A stretch of 64,000 nt of DNA from Gammaproteobacteria bacterium (GCA_965215045.1 OZ244031.1:1386626-1450625); one strand, 5' to 3'. Counted from the stretch's first letter, positions 39,524 to 50,850 are shown. Notes: generated from the letters alone by a model not told the origin. Numbers and translations are program-made.

Positions 39524-40811
39524 GCAATCTCCCACTGCACAGAACGGGCTGCGGCAGCGTGTCGAACAGGGCCTGGGGCGGCGTTATCGCCGTGAACGCC
39601 GCTTTCGTCTCTACGGCATATTGTCCCTGGGCTTTGCCCTGGCGGCACTGTGTTTCCTGTTTTACGACATCATCAACCGCGGCACTGGCGCGTTTACGAA
39701 ATATGAAATTCGCCTGGAACTGCAATACGACGCCGAAGAGATGGGGATTTTTGACCCGGGAGACATCGAAGAGCTCGAGTTCGCCGATTTCCGACTCCCC
39801 CTGGACCAGGCCCTGAACCGAATTTTCCCGGGGGTGCAAGCCTTCGCCGAACAGGGTTTGTTGTATTCCCTGCTCAGCGGCGATGCCGAGTTCGAAATCC
39901 AGCGCCGCATCATGCAAAACCCCGCGGGGCTGCTGGGCAGTGCGGAGGAATTGTGGGTGACCGCATCCAGGACGCTGAAGCATCACCTGAAGGGTGCGCC
40001 GCCCGCCCGGGCGGGAGCGGGTTGGCAGCGCAAGAGAGAATGGGCGCAGGCATTGCAGGAGCAGGGACGGTTGCGCAGAAGTTTTAACGACACCTTTTTC
40101 TCGGCGGCGGATTCCCGCGATGCGGAATCCGCGGGCATTCGCGGGGCACTGATCGGTTCCCTGCTGACGCTCCTGGTCTGCTTCCTGTTCTCTTTCCCGG
40201 TCGGCGTCGCAGCGGCCGTCTACCTGGAAGAGTTTGCACCGCGCAATCGCTGGGTCGATATGCTGGAAGTCAATGTCAACAACCTGGCGGCGGTACCCTC
40301 GGTGATTTTTGGATTGCTGGGCCTGGTGGTGTTTCTCAATGTCTTGCACATGCCGCGCTCGGTGCCGCTGGTCGGCGGCCTGGTGCTGGCACTGATGACG
40401 TTGCCGACCATCATTATTTCCAGCCGCGTTGCCATCCAGTCGATCCCCGGTTCGATTCGCGAGGCGGCCCTGGGGCTGGGTGCCTCGCACATGCAACTGG
40501 TATTCGGCCACGTGATTCCACTGGCAATGCCCAGCATGCTGACCGGTGCGATCATCGGCATGGCGCGTGCCCTGGGCGAGAGTGCGCCGCTGTTGATGAT
40601 CGGCATGGTCGCCTTCATCGTCGATATTCCTTCCGGTTTCTTTGATCCCTCCACGGTCCTGCCCGTGCAAATTTACCTGTGGGCGGACAGTCCGGAACGC
40701 GCTTTCGTGGAATTGACAGCCGGTGCAATAATGGTATTGTTGGCATTCTTAATCACGATGAATGGACTAGCCGCATTTTTGCGTCACCGCCTGGAGCGGG
40801 ATTACCAATGA
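39516..40811 (+). CDS. pstA: Phosphate ABC transporter permease PstA
   Basis: Overlaps pstC end and pstB start; ABC permease signature [18 protein letters not shown]. Confidence 0.8.
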   Translation: MNKQSPTAQNGLRQRVEQGLGRRYRRERRFRLYGILSLGFALAALCFLFYDIINRGTGAFTKYEIRLELQYDAEEMGIFDPGDIEELEFADFRLPLDQALNRIFPGVQAFAEQGLLYSLLSGDAEFEIQRRIMQNPAGLLGSAEELWVTASRTLKHHLKGAPPARAGAGWQRKREWAQALQEQGRLRRSFNDTFFSAADSRDAESAGIRGALIGSLLTLLVCFLFSFPVGVAAAVYLEEFAPRNRWVDMLEVNVNNLAAVPSVIFGLLGLVVFLNVLHMPRSVPLVGGLVLALMTLPTIIISSRVAIQSIPGSIREAALGLGASHMQLVFGHVIPLAMPSMLTGAIIGMARALGESAPLLMIGMVAFIVDIPSGFFDPSTVLPVQIYLWADSPERAFVELTAGAIMVLLAFLITMNGLAAFLRHRLERDYQ

Positions 40812-41743
40812 CAGACAATGCATTTTCGGAGAACCCGTCGACGATACCCAAGTCGGTTGCCGCGCGGGAGTCGCCCCCGGCATCGGAACCCGCCACGGTG
40901 CGGGAGCCGGCGTTGACGCCGAAACCGATGGCGGCGCAGGAACCGGACACGGCACCGGAACCGGCAGCGGGCCGGCCTTTCCTGGAGGACCAGGTGCGTT
41001 TCCGGGTGCGCGACCTGGACGTGTTTTACGCCGACAAGCAGGCGATTTACGCGAACAGCCTGGACATCGGTGCCAACCAGGTGATCGCGATGATCGGCCC
41101 CTCGGGTTGCGGCAAGTCCACGTTCCTGCGCTGCCTGAACCGGATGAACGATATCATTCCCGACTGTCGGGTCACGGGAGAGATCTTCTTGGACGGCGAG
41201 GACATTTCCCAGGATATGGACCCGGTCATTCTGCGCGCCCGGGTCGGCATCGTGTTTCAAAAACCCAATCCCTTCCCGAAATCGATCTACGATAACGTGG
41301 CCTACGGCCCGCGGATCCACGGACTGTTCGACCATCGGGACGAGCTCGATGGCATCGTCGAGACCAGTCTCAAACGCGCCGGCCTGTGGCGGGAAGTCAG
41401 CGATCGCCTGCACCAGCCGGGCACCAGCCTTTCGGGCGGTCAGCAGCAGCGGCTGTGCATTGCCCGCACCATCGCCGTCAACCCCGAAGTGGTGCTCATG
41501 GATGAACCGTGCTCGTCACTGGACCCGATCGCCACCAGTCACATCGAAGACCTGATCGGTGAACTCAGCCAGAAATACACCATCGTGATTGTCACGCACT
41601 CCATGCAGCAGGCTTCGCGCGTCTCGCAGCGCACCGCGTATTTTCACTTGGGACGTCTGATCGAAGTGGACTCCACCGACAAGGTGTTCACCAACCCGAC
41701 CCACCGGTTGACCGAAGATTACATTACCGGCCGCGTCGGTTGA
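40808..41743 (+). CDS. pstB: Phosphate ABC transporter ATP-binding protein PstB
   Basis: Start set at ATG overlapping the pstA stop; Walker [10 protein letters not shown], signature LSGGQQQR, Walker B VVLMDEP. Confidence 0.85.
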   Translation: MTDNAFSENPSTIPKSVAARESPPASEPATVREPALTPKPMAAQEPDTAPEPAAGRPFLEDQVRFRVRDLDVFYADKQAIYANSLDIGANQVIAMIGPSGCGKSTFLRCLNRMNDIIPDCRVTGEIFLDGEDISQDMDPVILRARVGIVFQKPNPFPKSIYDNVAYGPRIHGLFDHRDELDGIVETSLKRAGLWREVSDRLHQPGTSLSGGQQQRLCIARTIAVNPEVVLMDEPCSSLDPIATSHIEDLIGELSQKYTIVIVTHSMQQASRVSQRTAYFHLGRLIEVDSTDKVFTNPTHRLTEDYITGRVG

Positions 41744-41769
41744 ACGCCGCCGGCAGAGGAGACAGAACC

Positions 41770-42486
41770 ATGATCGAACCGCAACCGCATATTTCCGTGC
41801 AGTTTGACGAGGAGTTGAACAAAGTGCAACAGCGTTTCCTGGAGATGGGCGGGCTGGCGGAAGAACAGCTGGGCAGTGCGATCAACGCGCTGACCCTGTT
41901 GGACCCCGATGCCGCAAGCCGGGTCGAGGAGATCGAAAAAAAGATGAACCAGATGGAAGTGGATGTCTCCGAGGGATGCGCGCTGCTCTTTGTCAAGCGC
42001 CAGCCTGCCGCGGGCGACCTGCGCCTGGTGTTGTCGGTCTACCGCGGCCTTTTCGATCTCGAGCGGATCGGGGATGAAGCCTGTCGCATCGCGCGTATCG
42101 TCACCCCGCTCAGCGAAGAGAAAAAAAGTTCTCACATCCAGGAAATCGGCGACATCGGTGCCATTGTCCTGGACATGCTGCACCAGTCGCTGGATGCCTT
42201 CGTGCGCCGCGATGCGCATACCGCCTACGAAGCCGCGCGGCGCGACCGAGAAGTGGACGATCAATACAACAGCCTGATGCTGAAGCTGATCAGCGATATG
42301 AGCACGACTCCCAAGAAGATCCCGGTCAGCGTCAACCTGTTGTGGGTGTTGCGCGCCCTGGAGCGGGCCGGCGATCACGTCTGCAATATTTGTGAACACG
42401 TGGTCTACCTGGTCGGCGGCCGGGATGTGCGCCACCAGGGTCTGAAAAGGATGAAGAAGGCGGCCGAGGCCCAGGCGAAGGGATAA
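41770..42486 (+). CDS. phoU: Phosphate signaling regulator PhoU
   Basis: ATG after GGAGACAG SD; two PhoU repeats (DxxxDxxE-like: ALTLLDPDAASRVEEIEKKMNQMEVDV...). Confidence 0.85.
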   Translation: MIEPQPHISVQFDEELNKVQQRFLEMGGLAEEQLGSAINALTLLDPDAASRVEEIEKKMNQMEVDVSEGCALLFVKRQPAAGDLRLVLSVYRGLFDLERIGDEACRIARIVTPLSEEKKSSHIQEIGDIGAIVLDMLHQSLDAFVRRDAHTAYEAARRDREVDDQYNSLMLKLISDMSTTPKKIPVSVNLLWVLRALERAGDHVCNICEHVVYLVGGRDVRHQGLKRMKKAAEAQAKG

Positions 42487-42570
42487 CAGACCGCCCGTTT
42501 TGCGGGCATCGCCGCCGTCCCGGGCGGCGCATTGATTCAAGGTGACGGCCGGCGGAACTCGAGCGCGGGC

Positions 42571-44523
42571 TTATTCAAAGCGGTAGTCGGCGGGGTCCGG
42601 GTGGCGCGTCCATTTCCAGTAATCCGCCAGTCGCCAGGGAGAGGTGGCGGTGACCCTGCCGGCACTGTTCTTGTACCAGTTGTCCGTGGGCAGCGACCAG
42701 ATCATCTTTTCCAGGGTCTTTTCCAACTTGCGGTTGAATGCATCGTTGACCTCGGTCTTGCATTCCAGGGCGCGTTTCCCATCGCCGATCACCAGGCCCA
42801 GGCATTCCAGGATATACCGCACCTGGCACTCGGAATGAAAAATAATGCTGCCGGCATGGGCCAGGTTCGTGCCCGGGCCATAGAGGCAGAACAGGTTGGG
42901 AAAGTCCGGCACCGTGATGCCCAGGTAGGCCTTGGGGTCCTCCCCCCAGAGTTCCTCCAGGCTGACGCCGCCCCGCCCCCGGACTTCCATCGGCCAGAGA
43001 AAACGGCTGGCGTGAAAACCGGTGGCAAAGACGATGACATCGACCTCGTAGGAATTGCCCTCGGCGTCGACGACCGCATTGGGTTGCACTTCTTTCAGGC
43101 CGCTGCAGACCAGCTGCACGTTCTCCCGCTGCAGTGTCTTGAGCCACGTGCCGTTGTCCTGCAGGATGCGTTTGCAGAAGGGCGGGTAATCGGGCACCAC
43201 CTTTTTCAGCAGTTCTTTATCGCCGTCTATCTGTTGCGTCATCCAGTCGGTGAAGATGATGCGCATGTCCTCGTTGGCCTGGTTGATGGAGCGTTGGTCG
43301 TGCGATTGGTACCAGTCCTCGTCCATCACCAGCGAGGGCAGCAGGGCATCGGAGCCGGGCCAGAACAACAGGAAACGGTACCAGCGCGCGTAGTAGGGCA
43401 GGTGTTCCAGCAGCCACTTCATACCCTCGCCGACCGCTTCGTGATACACCGGGTTGGGGAAGATCCACGGCGGGGAGCGCTGCAGCACGTACAGTTTCTG
43501 CGCCTGCTTGGCCACCTCCGGCACCAACTGGAAGGCGCTGGCACCGCTGCCGATGACCGCCACCCGCTTGCCCTGCAAGTCGATGTCGTGACGCCACTCC
43601 GCCGAGTGAAAATAGCTTCCCGCAAAATTCTCCAGGCCGGGGAAGTCCGGGATTTTCGGCCGGTTGAGTTGGCCGACGGCACTGATGATCGCATTGACCT
43701 GTACGGTTTCCTCTGCTCCCTGCGCCGTGCGTACCCTGAGTTCCCAGAGACACTCCTGTTCGTCGTAACGGGCACTCAACACCTCGGTGTTAAAACGGAT
43801 CTGCTCCCGGATTCCAAAACGGTCCACGCAGTCCTCGAAATACTGCAGCAATTCCCCCTGTTGCGCATAAAACTCCGACCAGCGATGGTTGGGGGCAAAC
43901 GAGTAACAGTAGAAATGATTGGCGACATCGACCCGGCAGCCCGGGTACGTGTTTTCGTACCAGGTGCCGCCCACGGCGGAATTCTTTTCAAACACCACGC
44001 AGGGGATGCCCGCTTCCTGCAGACGGATGGCCGAGAGAATGCCCGACATGCCGGCACCGATCACCGCCGTCTTGAAGTTCTGTTTCTGCTCCGGGCTGAC
44101 CGTGTCCTGCCAGTGCGTGAGCCGGGCGTCCCCGCCGTCGAGGCGCATTTCCTCCAACATCATCGGCACGTACTCCGGCGGCACTTCCGCACCGACCATG
44201 AAATTCATCATGCGCTGCACGGTTTCCGGTGGCGGTGGCGGCAGCACCGGGCAACCCTGGTCCCGGTAGCGGCCGATGATTTCCAGGGCCCGGGCGCGCA
44301 CCTCTGCCTGCTGCTCCGGGGGGAGAAATCCCTGCACTTCCCCCAGCGTGGGGGCGGCGGGGCGAATCGCGCCGTCCAGGATATCCGTGTCGCCGCTGAT
44401 GTGCACCAGCGACATCATCAGCGTGGGAATGCTGGCCTCTTCCAGGGCAGTGCGAATAAACTCGTCGTCTTCGGTGATGCGCGTACCCGTGCAATCAGCG
44501 GGGTCGACGTGCGTGTCCATCAA
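42571..44523 (-). CDS. Flavin-dependent monooxygenase (FMO/Baeyer-Villiger type) with ~120 aa N-terminal extension
   Basis: FAD site VIGAGMSG, second Rossmann VIGSGASAF, ATGF motif. Confidence 0.6.
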   Translation of the reverse strand: MMDTHVDPADCTGTRITEDDEFIRTALEEASIPTLMMSLVHISGDTDILDGAIRPAAPTLGEVQGFLPPEQQAEVRARALEIIGRYRDQGCPVLPPPPPETVQRMMNFMVGAEVPPEYVPMMLEEMRLDGGDARLTHWQDTVSPEQKQNFKTAVIGAGMSGILSAIRLQEAGIPCVVFEKNSAVGGTWYENTYPGCRVDVANHFYCYSFAPNHRWSEFYAQQGELLQYFEDCVDRFGIREQIRFNTEVLSARYDEQECLWELRVRTAQGAEETVQVNAIISAVGQLNRPKIPDFPGLENFAGSYFHSAEWRHDIDLQGKRVAVIGSGASAFQLVPEVAKQAQKLYVLQRSPPWIFPNPVYHEAVGEGMKWLLEHLPYYARWYRFLLFWPGSDALLPSLVMDEDWYQSHDQRSINQANEDMRIIFTDWMTQQIDGDKELLKKVVPDYPPFCKRILQDNGTWLKTLQRENVQLVCSGLKEVQPNAVVDAEGNSYEVDVIVFATGFHASRFLWPMEVRGRGGVSLEELWGEDPKAYLGITVPDFPNLFCLYGPGTNLAHAGSIIFHSECQVRYILECLGLVIGDGKRALECKTEVNDAFNRKLEKTLEKMIWSLPTDNWYKNSAGRVTATSPWRLADYWKWTRHPDPADYRFE

Positions 44524-44537
44524 AACGCTCCCGCCCC

Positions 44538-45350
44538 TTACTTGATCTTGACAAACTTCAGTGTGAAGCGGTCGCTCTCACCGATGGCCTGGTATTTCTC
44601 CCGGTCCTGGTCTCCCAGGCGCATGACGGGGGGCAGGGTCCACACCCCCGCGGGATAGTTCTTTTCATCCCTGGGATTGGCGTTGATCTCGGAGCGGCCG
44701 ACCAGGCGAAATCCCGCCGACTCGATCAGCTGTATTGCGTATTCCTCCGGCACATAACCGGAACTCGCCATGTCCTCCACGCTCATACCGGGAAAGCCCC
44801 GGTGTTCGACCACGCCGAAGATGCCGCCCGGCTTGAGTGAGTGCCATGCCGCATCGAACACTTCTGAAATATAGCCCTCGCTGATCCAGTTGTGCAGGTT
44901 GCGGAAGGTCAGCACCATGTCGGCACTTTCCTCCGGGGCGATGTCATAGTTTCCGCGTCCCAGGGAAGTGATTTTGACCGCGGAGAATGCTGGATTGTCC
45001 CGGATCGCCTCCTCGTATTTCTGCCGGAACCTGCGCCGGTACTCCGGCGTGGGGTCGGGCGGAAAATGCGCGGCATACAGGGTGCCTTTTTTTTGCAGGT
45101 AGGGAGCGAGAATGCGGCTGTACCAGCCGGAGCCGGGCCACAACTCCACCACCGTCATATCCCGTTCAATACCAAGGAATTGCAGCGTCTCCACCGGGTG
45201 CCGGTAGATATCCCGCGCCTGTTCCTCCGCCGGACGCTCCGGCGAAGCCGTGGCGCGCTCCAGGGCCCGGCGTTCCCCGCAGGCCCCCAGGGTCAGGAGC
45301 AGCAGGGCGCACGGTACGGCAAGGCGAATAAAGTTCAGGCTGGGGTGCAT
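44538..45350 (-). CDS. Class I SAM-dependent methyltransferase, predicted lipoprotein
   Basis: Lipobox LLTLGAC; MTase motif VVELWPGSGWYSRIL. Confidence 0.55.
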   Translation of the reverse strand: MHPSLNFIRLAVPCALLLLTLGACGERRALERATASPERPAEEQARDIYRHPVETLQFLGIERDMTVVELWPGSGWYSRILAPYLQKKGTLYAAHFPPDPTPEYRRRFRQKYEEAIRDNPAFSAVKITSLGRGNYDIAPEESADMVLTFRNLHNWISEGYISEVFDAAWHSLKPGGIFGVVEHRGFPGMSVEDMASSGYVPEEYAIQLIESAGFRLVGRSEINANPRDEKNYPAGVWTLPPVMRLGDQDREKYQAIGESDRFTLKFVKIK

Positions 45351-45420
45351 GGCGGGAGGGCTCCTCGTTGATAACTCTGCACACCGGTCTCAAGGTCGGG
45401 ATGTGCGGCGGGGCAACAGT

Positions 45421-46911
45421 CTAAACCATATTGCCCCTGTGGTTTGAAATCCAGCCACCCGTCCCACCGGGATGCAGAAGTCTTCCGGGTTCATCGTTCT
45501 TCTGCAGAAGTTCGGGTGAAAGCATTTCCAGTAGTTCAATGGAATACCAGAATTTATTACCTACTGGTGGTCGTGCAACACCTCTCCACCACGTCTCATG
45601 CTGATTTAGAACTTCCTCAGCATGCTTTTTTTGTTCCGGGGCAGCACCGCTGCCATCTCTACGCATTTTCTCGTAATATTTCTGTAATTGTAATAGCCGA
45701 TCATACTGCTCCACACTTAAATTCTCCGCTATATCCTCGGCCGCTACTATCATTGCGGCTTCAAACCAGCACCCCTCTACCTCCTGTCGTAACCTTGCCA
45801 GGGCTTCCGAGCCAGGATTTTCAAACACTGCATCGACGACTTCCTTGTCCGATGCATTTCTAGTGATAAATCGGTAATACATATCTTGATTGATGGTTTT
45901 TAAGATAAGCATTGCAGTGATCTCTGAAATGAATGATTTGTCGTCATTGGGTAATAGTGCCAACATCGCCCTCATCTGGTGGAGGGCCTGGGCGATATCT
46001 CGAGCACTGAGTTGGCTCGCTGCAAAAAATTTTTGAAAACGATCTCTACTACAAAACAGCTCAGAAGGATTCTTGGTAAACCATCTATTGACATCAACAG
46101 ACCTGAGCATTGTTTCAACAAAGTCTTTTAGTGGCGGGTAGGGAAGCCTGAACGGCAGGTCGAAGAAGCGCAGCAGGTATTTCTCTGCATCGAATTCATT
46201 GCCGTACAGGGCCCGCACCGAATGCGCCAGCTGTTCCCGGTTTACCGCCAACACGAACACGATGTTGTCGACGGCGAACAGGTGCTTGGCGGTTTCCAGG
46301 AATTCTACGGCGTAGCTGGGTCTGCAGCGGTCCAGTTCATCGATGATCACCACCAATGGTTTGTCGCGTTTTTTTCTCAATGCTTCTGCCGACTCCTCCA
46401 GGGTGCTTCTGAAGTCTGTGATCAAGTCGCGGTTTTTTGAGTACTCGGACAATTGTGGCTTGCCGAAGAAGCTGAGTATTTTGTCAATATTGATCCAGCC
46501 TCCTGTTTTATATCGTATGGCGTCTGAAAAAACTTGTATTAATACTTTTTTCCCTGTTTTCTTCAGGCTGGCGATTGTTTCTGACGGTACCTCCCCCGGG
46601 TAATATTTTTGCAGACGGTCGGTCAGTTCAGAGGATAGGGCGATAAAAGGGACCTTCGTAAAATCCGTCTTCCAAGCATTGAACTTTACCACCGGAAACT
46701 TCTCGTTGCGCAGGTATTGCATCCACATCCTGAGAAACGTGGTCTTGCCTGCCCCCCATGGTGCATCGACCGACAACACGCACGGTCCGGTGATGGAGTT
46801 GATGACGTCGGTCAGGATTTTTGCCGCCTCCTCACGCTTGAACAGGTCATTTGCAAAGGGGTTACCTTCAGGTGCTTCCACCTCCAGCGGCTGAATACGC
46901 ATTTTTGCCAT
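45421..46911 (-). CDS. KAP-family P-loop NTPase
   Basis: Walker A DAPWGAGKTTFL and KAP-type Walker B VVIIDELDRCRP; markedly lower GC than surroundings. Confidence 0.7.
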   Translation of the reverse strand: MAKMRIQPLEVEAPEGNPFANDLFKREEAAKILTDVINSITGPCVLSVDAPWGAGKTTFLRMWMQYLRNEKFPVVKFNAWKTDFTKVPFIALSSELTDRLQKYYPGEVPSETIASLKKTGKKVLIQVFSDAIRYKTGGWINIDKILSFFGKPQLSEYSKNRDLITDFRSTLEESAEALRKKRDKPLVVIIDELDRCRPSYAVEFLETAKHLFAVDNIVFVLAVNREQLAHSVRALYGNEFDAEKYLLRFFDLPFRLPYPPLKDFVETMLRSVDVNRWFTKNPSELFCSRDRFQKFFAASQLSARDIAQALHQMRAMLALLPNDDKSFISEITAMLILKTINQDMYYRFITRNASDKEVVDAVFENPGSEALARLRQEVEGCWFEAAMIVAAEDIAENLSVEQYDRLLQLQKYYEKMRRDGSGAAPEQKKHAEEVLNQHETWWRGVARPPVGNKFWYSIELLEMLSPELLQKNDEPGRLLHPGGTGGWISNHRGNMV

Positions 46912-47224
46912 GAGAATTTTCCTCTGTGCAGCAACAAAATATTAATGCGGCGTTTTGCAGCCCCCATCTTACACAACTGTTTTGCCTTTACTTTAGCAAC
47001 CCCAGGGCAGGCGTTCTCCGGCCCGATTCGGCCGGCGTCTATAATTGCCGCAGTCGCGGACGCTTGCGCCCGCCGTCCGGCGGGACTGGATTTCACCGTC
47101 GCACGACGACGCACGATGTATCGCCGCCGGTGCTCCGCCTCCGGGTGCCCCGCACAATGCAGCGGTAGATGCCGGCATGTTGTTTTCAGCCGCCGCGACC
47201 TGATTTTTTGTATATACCTGGTTC

Positions 47225-48466
47225 ATGCTCCCCGCTCCCACCACTATCCTGGACCGCCAACTGACGCGCACGGTTCTGTTCTTTGCCCCGCTGTGTTCGC
47301 TGCTGGTCAACTTGGGGCAGTCGGTGCTGTTTGCGACCATGCCGGTGCTGGGCCGCATCCTGGGTTTTCACGAGGTGCAGATCACCGCCCTGGTCTCCCT
47401 GTCGGCACTGACTTTTTTCCTGGTCAGTCCAATATGGGGTCGTTACAGCGATGTGCTGGGACGCAAGAGAACCATGCTGATCGGCCTGTCCGCCTATTCC
47501 CTGGGCGCCCTGTTGTTCAACGGCATTGTCGAACTGGCCTTCGCCGGTTTCCTGGGGGGCTGGGTGCTGTACATGCTGCTGCTGCCCTATCGCGTGGCGC
47601 ACACGGGCATGATGGCGGCGGTGCACCCCGCCAGCGGTGCCTACGTCGCCGATGTCACCTCGGTGCAGGAGCGCACGGCGGGCATGAGCCAACTGGCGGC
47701 GGCGGTGGCACTGGGTGCGATCCTGGGTCCGCCCCTGGTGTATTTCAGTCGCTACGGCATTCTGACCCCGCTCTACATCAGTGCCCTGATCTCCCTGTGC
47801 GGCACCCTGTGGTTGTGGCTTTCCATGCCGGATTACCGGGTGCCCAAGGAGGATGAAAATGCACCGCCGGTGCGCCTCAGTTATTTTGACCCGCGTTACC
47901 GCACCTTCCTGCTTATCGGCCTGGTCATGTACAGCGCCATGTCCGCGGCCCAGCAAACCCTGGGTTTTTACCTGCAGGACCGCTTCGGTTTTGACAATGA
48001 CCAGACCATCCGCAATTTCGCCATCGCCAACATGGTGTCTTCTGCGGCGATGATGTTCGCCCAACTGGTGCTGGTGCGGCGCATGGGCTGGGATGCCAGC
48101 ACACTGCTGCACATCGGCCTGCCGCTGGCCTGCTTGGGGTACTTCGGCCTGGCGGCGGTCGGCATTTTTTACGTGGACCTGGACACCGCACTCCGCTTCC
48201 TCTTCTTGTGTGCGGCAATGCTGGTCTTCGGCCTGGGCATGGGTCTGGCCGGACCCGGTTATACCGCCAGTGCCAGCCTGCGCGTAGGATCGCAAGAGCA
48301 GGGTGCCCTGGCGGGCCTCTCGGCCTCCATTCCCGGCCTGGGCTTTGTCATCGGCCCGATTGTCGGCGGCGTGCTCTACAGCGTGAACAGCTTCTACCCG
48401 TACCTGCTGTCGGGGGCGTTGTTGCTGGCCCTGACCGTGTTTGTCTGGCGTTCCCTGAAAGTCTAG
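47225..48466 (+). CDS. MFS transporter
   Basis: 12-TM protein with MFS motif GRYSDVLGRKR. Confidence 0.7.
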   Translation: MLPAPTTILDRQLTRTVLFFAPLCSLLVNLGQSVLFATMPVLGRILGFHEVQITALVSLSALTFFLVSPIWGRYSDVLGRKRTMLIGLSAYSLGALLFNGIVELAFAGFLGGWVLYMLLLPYRVAHTGMMAAVHPASGAYVADVTSVQERTAGMSQLAAAVALGAILGPPLVYFSRYGILTPLYISALISLCGTLWLWLSMPDYRVPKEDENAPPVRLSYFDPRYRTFLLIGLVMYSAMSAAQQTLGFYLQDRFGFDNDQTIRNFAIANMVSSAAMMFAQLVLVRRMGWDASTLLHIGLPLACLGYFGLAAVGIFYVDLDTALRFLFLCAAMLVFGLGMGLAGPGYTASASLRVGSQEQGALAGLSASIPGLGFVIGPIVGGVLYSVNSFYPYLLSGALLLALTVFVWRSLKV

Positions 48467-48510
48467 GGTGCTATACTTTTGCGCCTTGTACCGCGCCTGA
48501 CAACGACGGC

Positions 48511-49698
48511 ATGAAGATAGCATTCAACAGCGAACAACTGGCCCTGCGCGACAAGATTCGCGGCTACCTGGCGGAGTTGATGACGCCGAAACTGCGCACG
48601 GAACTGGACGAATCCGGGGCCGGCGAGGGCGGTGGTCCCGAGTTTCGCAAGGCCCTGCAGCAGATGGGGACGGACGGCTGGATCGGCATGGGTTGGCCCG
48701 AGGAACTGGGCGGCGACGGCATGACCCCCTTGGAACAATACATTTTTACCGAGGAAGTGATGCGGCTGCGCTTCCCCTATCCGTTCCTGACCACCGACGG
48801 CATCGGCCCGGTGCTGGCCGAACACGGCAGCGATGCAATGAAGGATACCGTGGTCAAGGACATCCGCGCCGGCAAGGCGATTTTCGCCATTGGTTATTCC
48901 GAGCCGAATGCCGGCACGGACCTCGCTTCGCTGCGCACCCGCGCCGTGCCCGACGGCGACGGCTGGATAATCAACGGCCAGAAAATCTGGACCAGCCTCG
49001 CCAACTTCGCCGACTATATATGGCTTGCGGCGCGCACCGACGAAGACCCGCGCAAACGGCACAAGGGCCTGTCGATGTTCGTCGTGCCGACCGCAGACAA
49101 GGGATATTCCTGCACGCCCATTCAAACGCTGGGCGGCGTGCGCACCAACGCCACCTATTACCAGGACATTCGCGTTCCCTCCCAGAACCTGGTCGGGGAA
49201 GTCAACGGCGGCTGGAAACTGATCACCAGCCAGTTGAACATCGAACGGCTGTCCCTGGTCAACCAGGGCTACACCGAGGAGGCGGCACTCGAGCTGTTCC
49301 GCTGGGCGACACAACAGCGTCTGCCCGACGGCCGGCGGGTGATCGAGCAGCCCTGGGTGCAGCAGAACATCGCCAAGATTCACGCCGGCTTGGAAGTCTT
49401 GCGGCTGATTTGCTGGAAACAGGCGTGGTCGATGACTTATGAGAAATTGCCGATGGCGGATGCCTCGGCGGCCAAGGTCTACGGCACCGAATTTTTTATC
49501 GAGACCTACCGCATGATGATGGAGATCATGGGGCAGTGCAGCACACTGGTGGGCGGGACCCCCGGGGTGGTCATGGAAGGGCAGGTCGAAAGAATGTACC
49601 GCACCGGTTCGATCCTGACCTTCGGTGGCGGTGCCAACGAGATTCAACGCGACATTATTTCCGCGGCCGGATTGCTGATGCCGCGCGCGAGCCGCTGA
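48511..49698 (+). CDS. Acyl-CoA dehydrogenase family protein
   Basis: ATG at 48511 (the longer ORF overlaps the MFS gene); ACAD signatures AIGYSEPNAGTDLASL, GQKIWTS, TFGGGANEIQRDII. Confidence 0.75.
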   Translation: MKIAFNSEQLALRDKIRGYLAELMTPKLRTELDESGAGEGGGPEFRKALQQMGTDGWIGMGWPEELGGDGMTPLEQYIFTEEVMRLRFPYPFLTTDGIGPVLAEHGSDAMKDTVVKDIRAGKAIFAIGYSEPNAGTDLASLRTRAVPDGDGWIINGQKIWTSLANFADYIWLAARTDEDPRKRHKGLSMFVVPTADKGYSCTPIQTLGGVRTNATYYQDIRVPSQNLVGEVNGGWKLITSQLNIERLSLVNQGYTEEAALELFRWATQQRLPDGRRVIEQPWVQQNIAKIHAGLEVLRLICWKQAWSMTYEKLPMADASAAKVYGTEFFIETYRMMMEIMGQCSTLVGGTPGVVMEGQVERMYRTGSILTFGGGANEIQRDIISAAGLLMPRASR

Positions 49699-49722
49699 AC
49701 GGGACGGCCGGGGGAGAAGACC

Positions 49723-50850
49723 ATGGATTTTGCATTGCGTGAAGAACAACAGGAAGTGCGCGCCCTGGCACAGCGCATCCTGGGAGACCACACCGCTAAC
49801 GAACAGCTGCGCGCCATCGAACAGCAGGAGGATCGCTATGATCCCGGGCTGTGGCAGACGCTGGCCGAAGCCGGGTTGCTGGGCGTGGCCGTCGAAGAGG
49901 CCCACGGCGGCATGGGTTTCGGTTTTGAGACCCTGTGCCTGCTGGTCGAAGAGGCCGGTGCCACCCTGGCACCCGTGCCGATCCTGCCCGCCCTGGTCGA
50001 GGCGGCACTGCCCATCGCCCGCTTCGGGGATGCCGAGGCCCGGGAGCTTCTGCCGCGCCTGGTCAAGGGGGAAATCCTCTTGAGTGCCGCCTGGGCGGAG
50101 CCGGGCAATGACGATGCCTTGCATCCCGCCTGTCGCGCCGTACAGGGCGAGGACGGCTGGACCTTGCAGGGCGTCAAGCACTGCGTGCCCTACGCGGCCC
50201 TGGCCGAGCGCGTGCTGGTCAGTGCCGCCACGGAGCAGGGTGCCGGCCTGTTTTTAGTTGACCCCAAGGGTGCCGGTGTCAGCCTGCAGCGCCAAGTGGT
50301 GACCTCCGGTGAACCGCAGTTCCTGTTGCAGATGGACGGGGCGCCGGTCACGAATGTGCTGGCGCATGGCAGTGAAGGGGAGGAGGCCCTGGGCTGGGCG
50401 GTGCAGCGCGCCACTGCCGGCTGTTGCGCCCTGGCACTGGGTATCGCCGAGAAAATGACGCGCATTACCGCCGAATACACTTCCGAGCGCGAGCAGTTCG
50501 GCGTCAAGATCGCGACCTTCCAGGCGGTCGGCCATCGCGCCGCCAACTGCTTTATCGACGTGCAATGCCTGCGCCTGGCGGTGCAGCAGGCGGTCTCACT
50601 GCTGGACCAGGAAGAGAGTGCGGGCACCTCGGTGCAGGTGGCGAAAATCTGGGCCGGCGATGTCTCCCACCGCGTCAGCTACGCGGCACAGCACCTGCAC
50701 GGCGGCATGGGCGTCGACCGCGATTACCACCTGTTTCGCTATTGCCTGTGGGCCAAGCACGTGGAGATGATGCTGGGTTCCAGTGCCGCCACGCTGGCGC
50801 AACTGGGCGAGGAACTGGCCGGACGATATATTGCCGAGGCGGAGGCCTGA
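49723..50850 (+). CDS. Acyl-CoA dehydrogenase family protein (second, paralogous)
   Basis: ACAD fold motifs (AAWAEPGNDDA, EREQFGVKIATFQAV, QHLHGGMGVDRDY). Confidence 0.75.
   Translation: MDFALREEQQEVRALAQRILGDHTANEQLRAIEQQEDRYDPGLWQTLAEAGLLGVAVEEAHGGMGFGFETLCLLVEEAGATLAPVPILPALVEAALPIARFGDAEARELLPRLVKGEILLSAAWAEPGNDDALHPACRAVQGEDGWTLQGVKHCVPYAALAERVLVSAATEQGAGLFLVDPKGAGVSLQRQVVTSGEPQFLLQMDGAPVTNVLAHGSEGEEALGWAVQRATAGCCALALGIAEKMTRITAEYTSEREQFGVKIATFQAVGHRAANCFIDVQCLRLAVQQAVSLLDQEESAGTSVQVAKIWAGDVSHRVSYAAQHLHGGMGVDRDYHLFRYCLWAKHVEMMLGSSAATLAQLGEELAGRYIAEAEA

Noticed and set aside
42486-42570. Bidirectional terminator between phoU and the convergent monooxygenase gene
   Set aside because: Only a 5-bp GCCCG/CGGGC stem with no flanking T-run; too weak to call.
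48463-50181. 572-aa minus-strand ORF opposite both acyl-CoA dehydrogenase genes
   Set aside because: Antisense to two genes with strong ACAD motifs.
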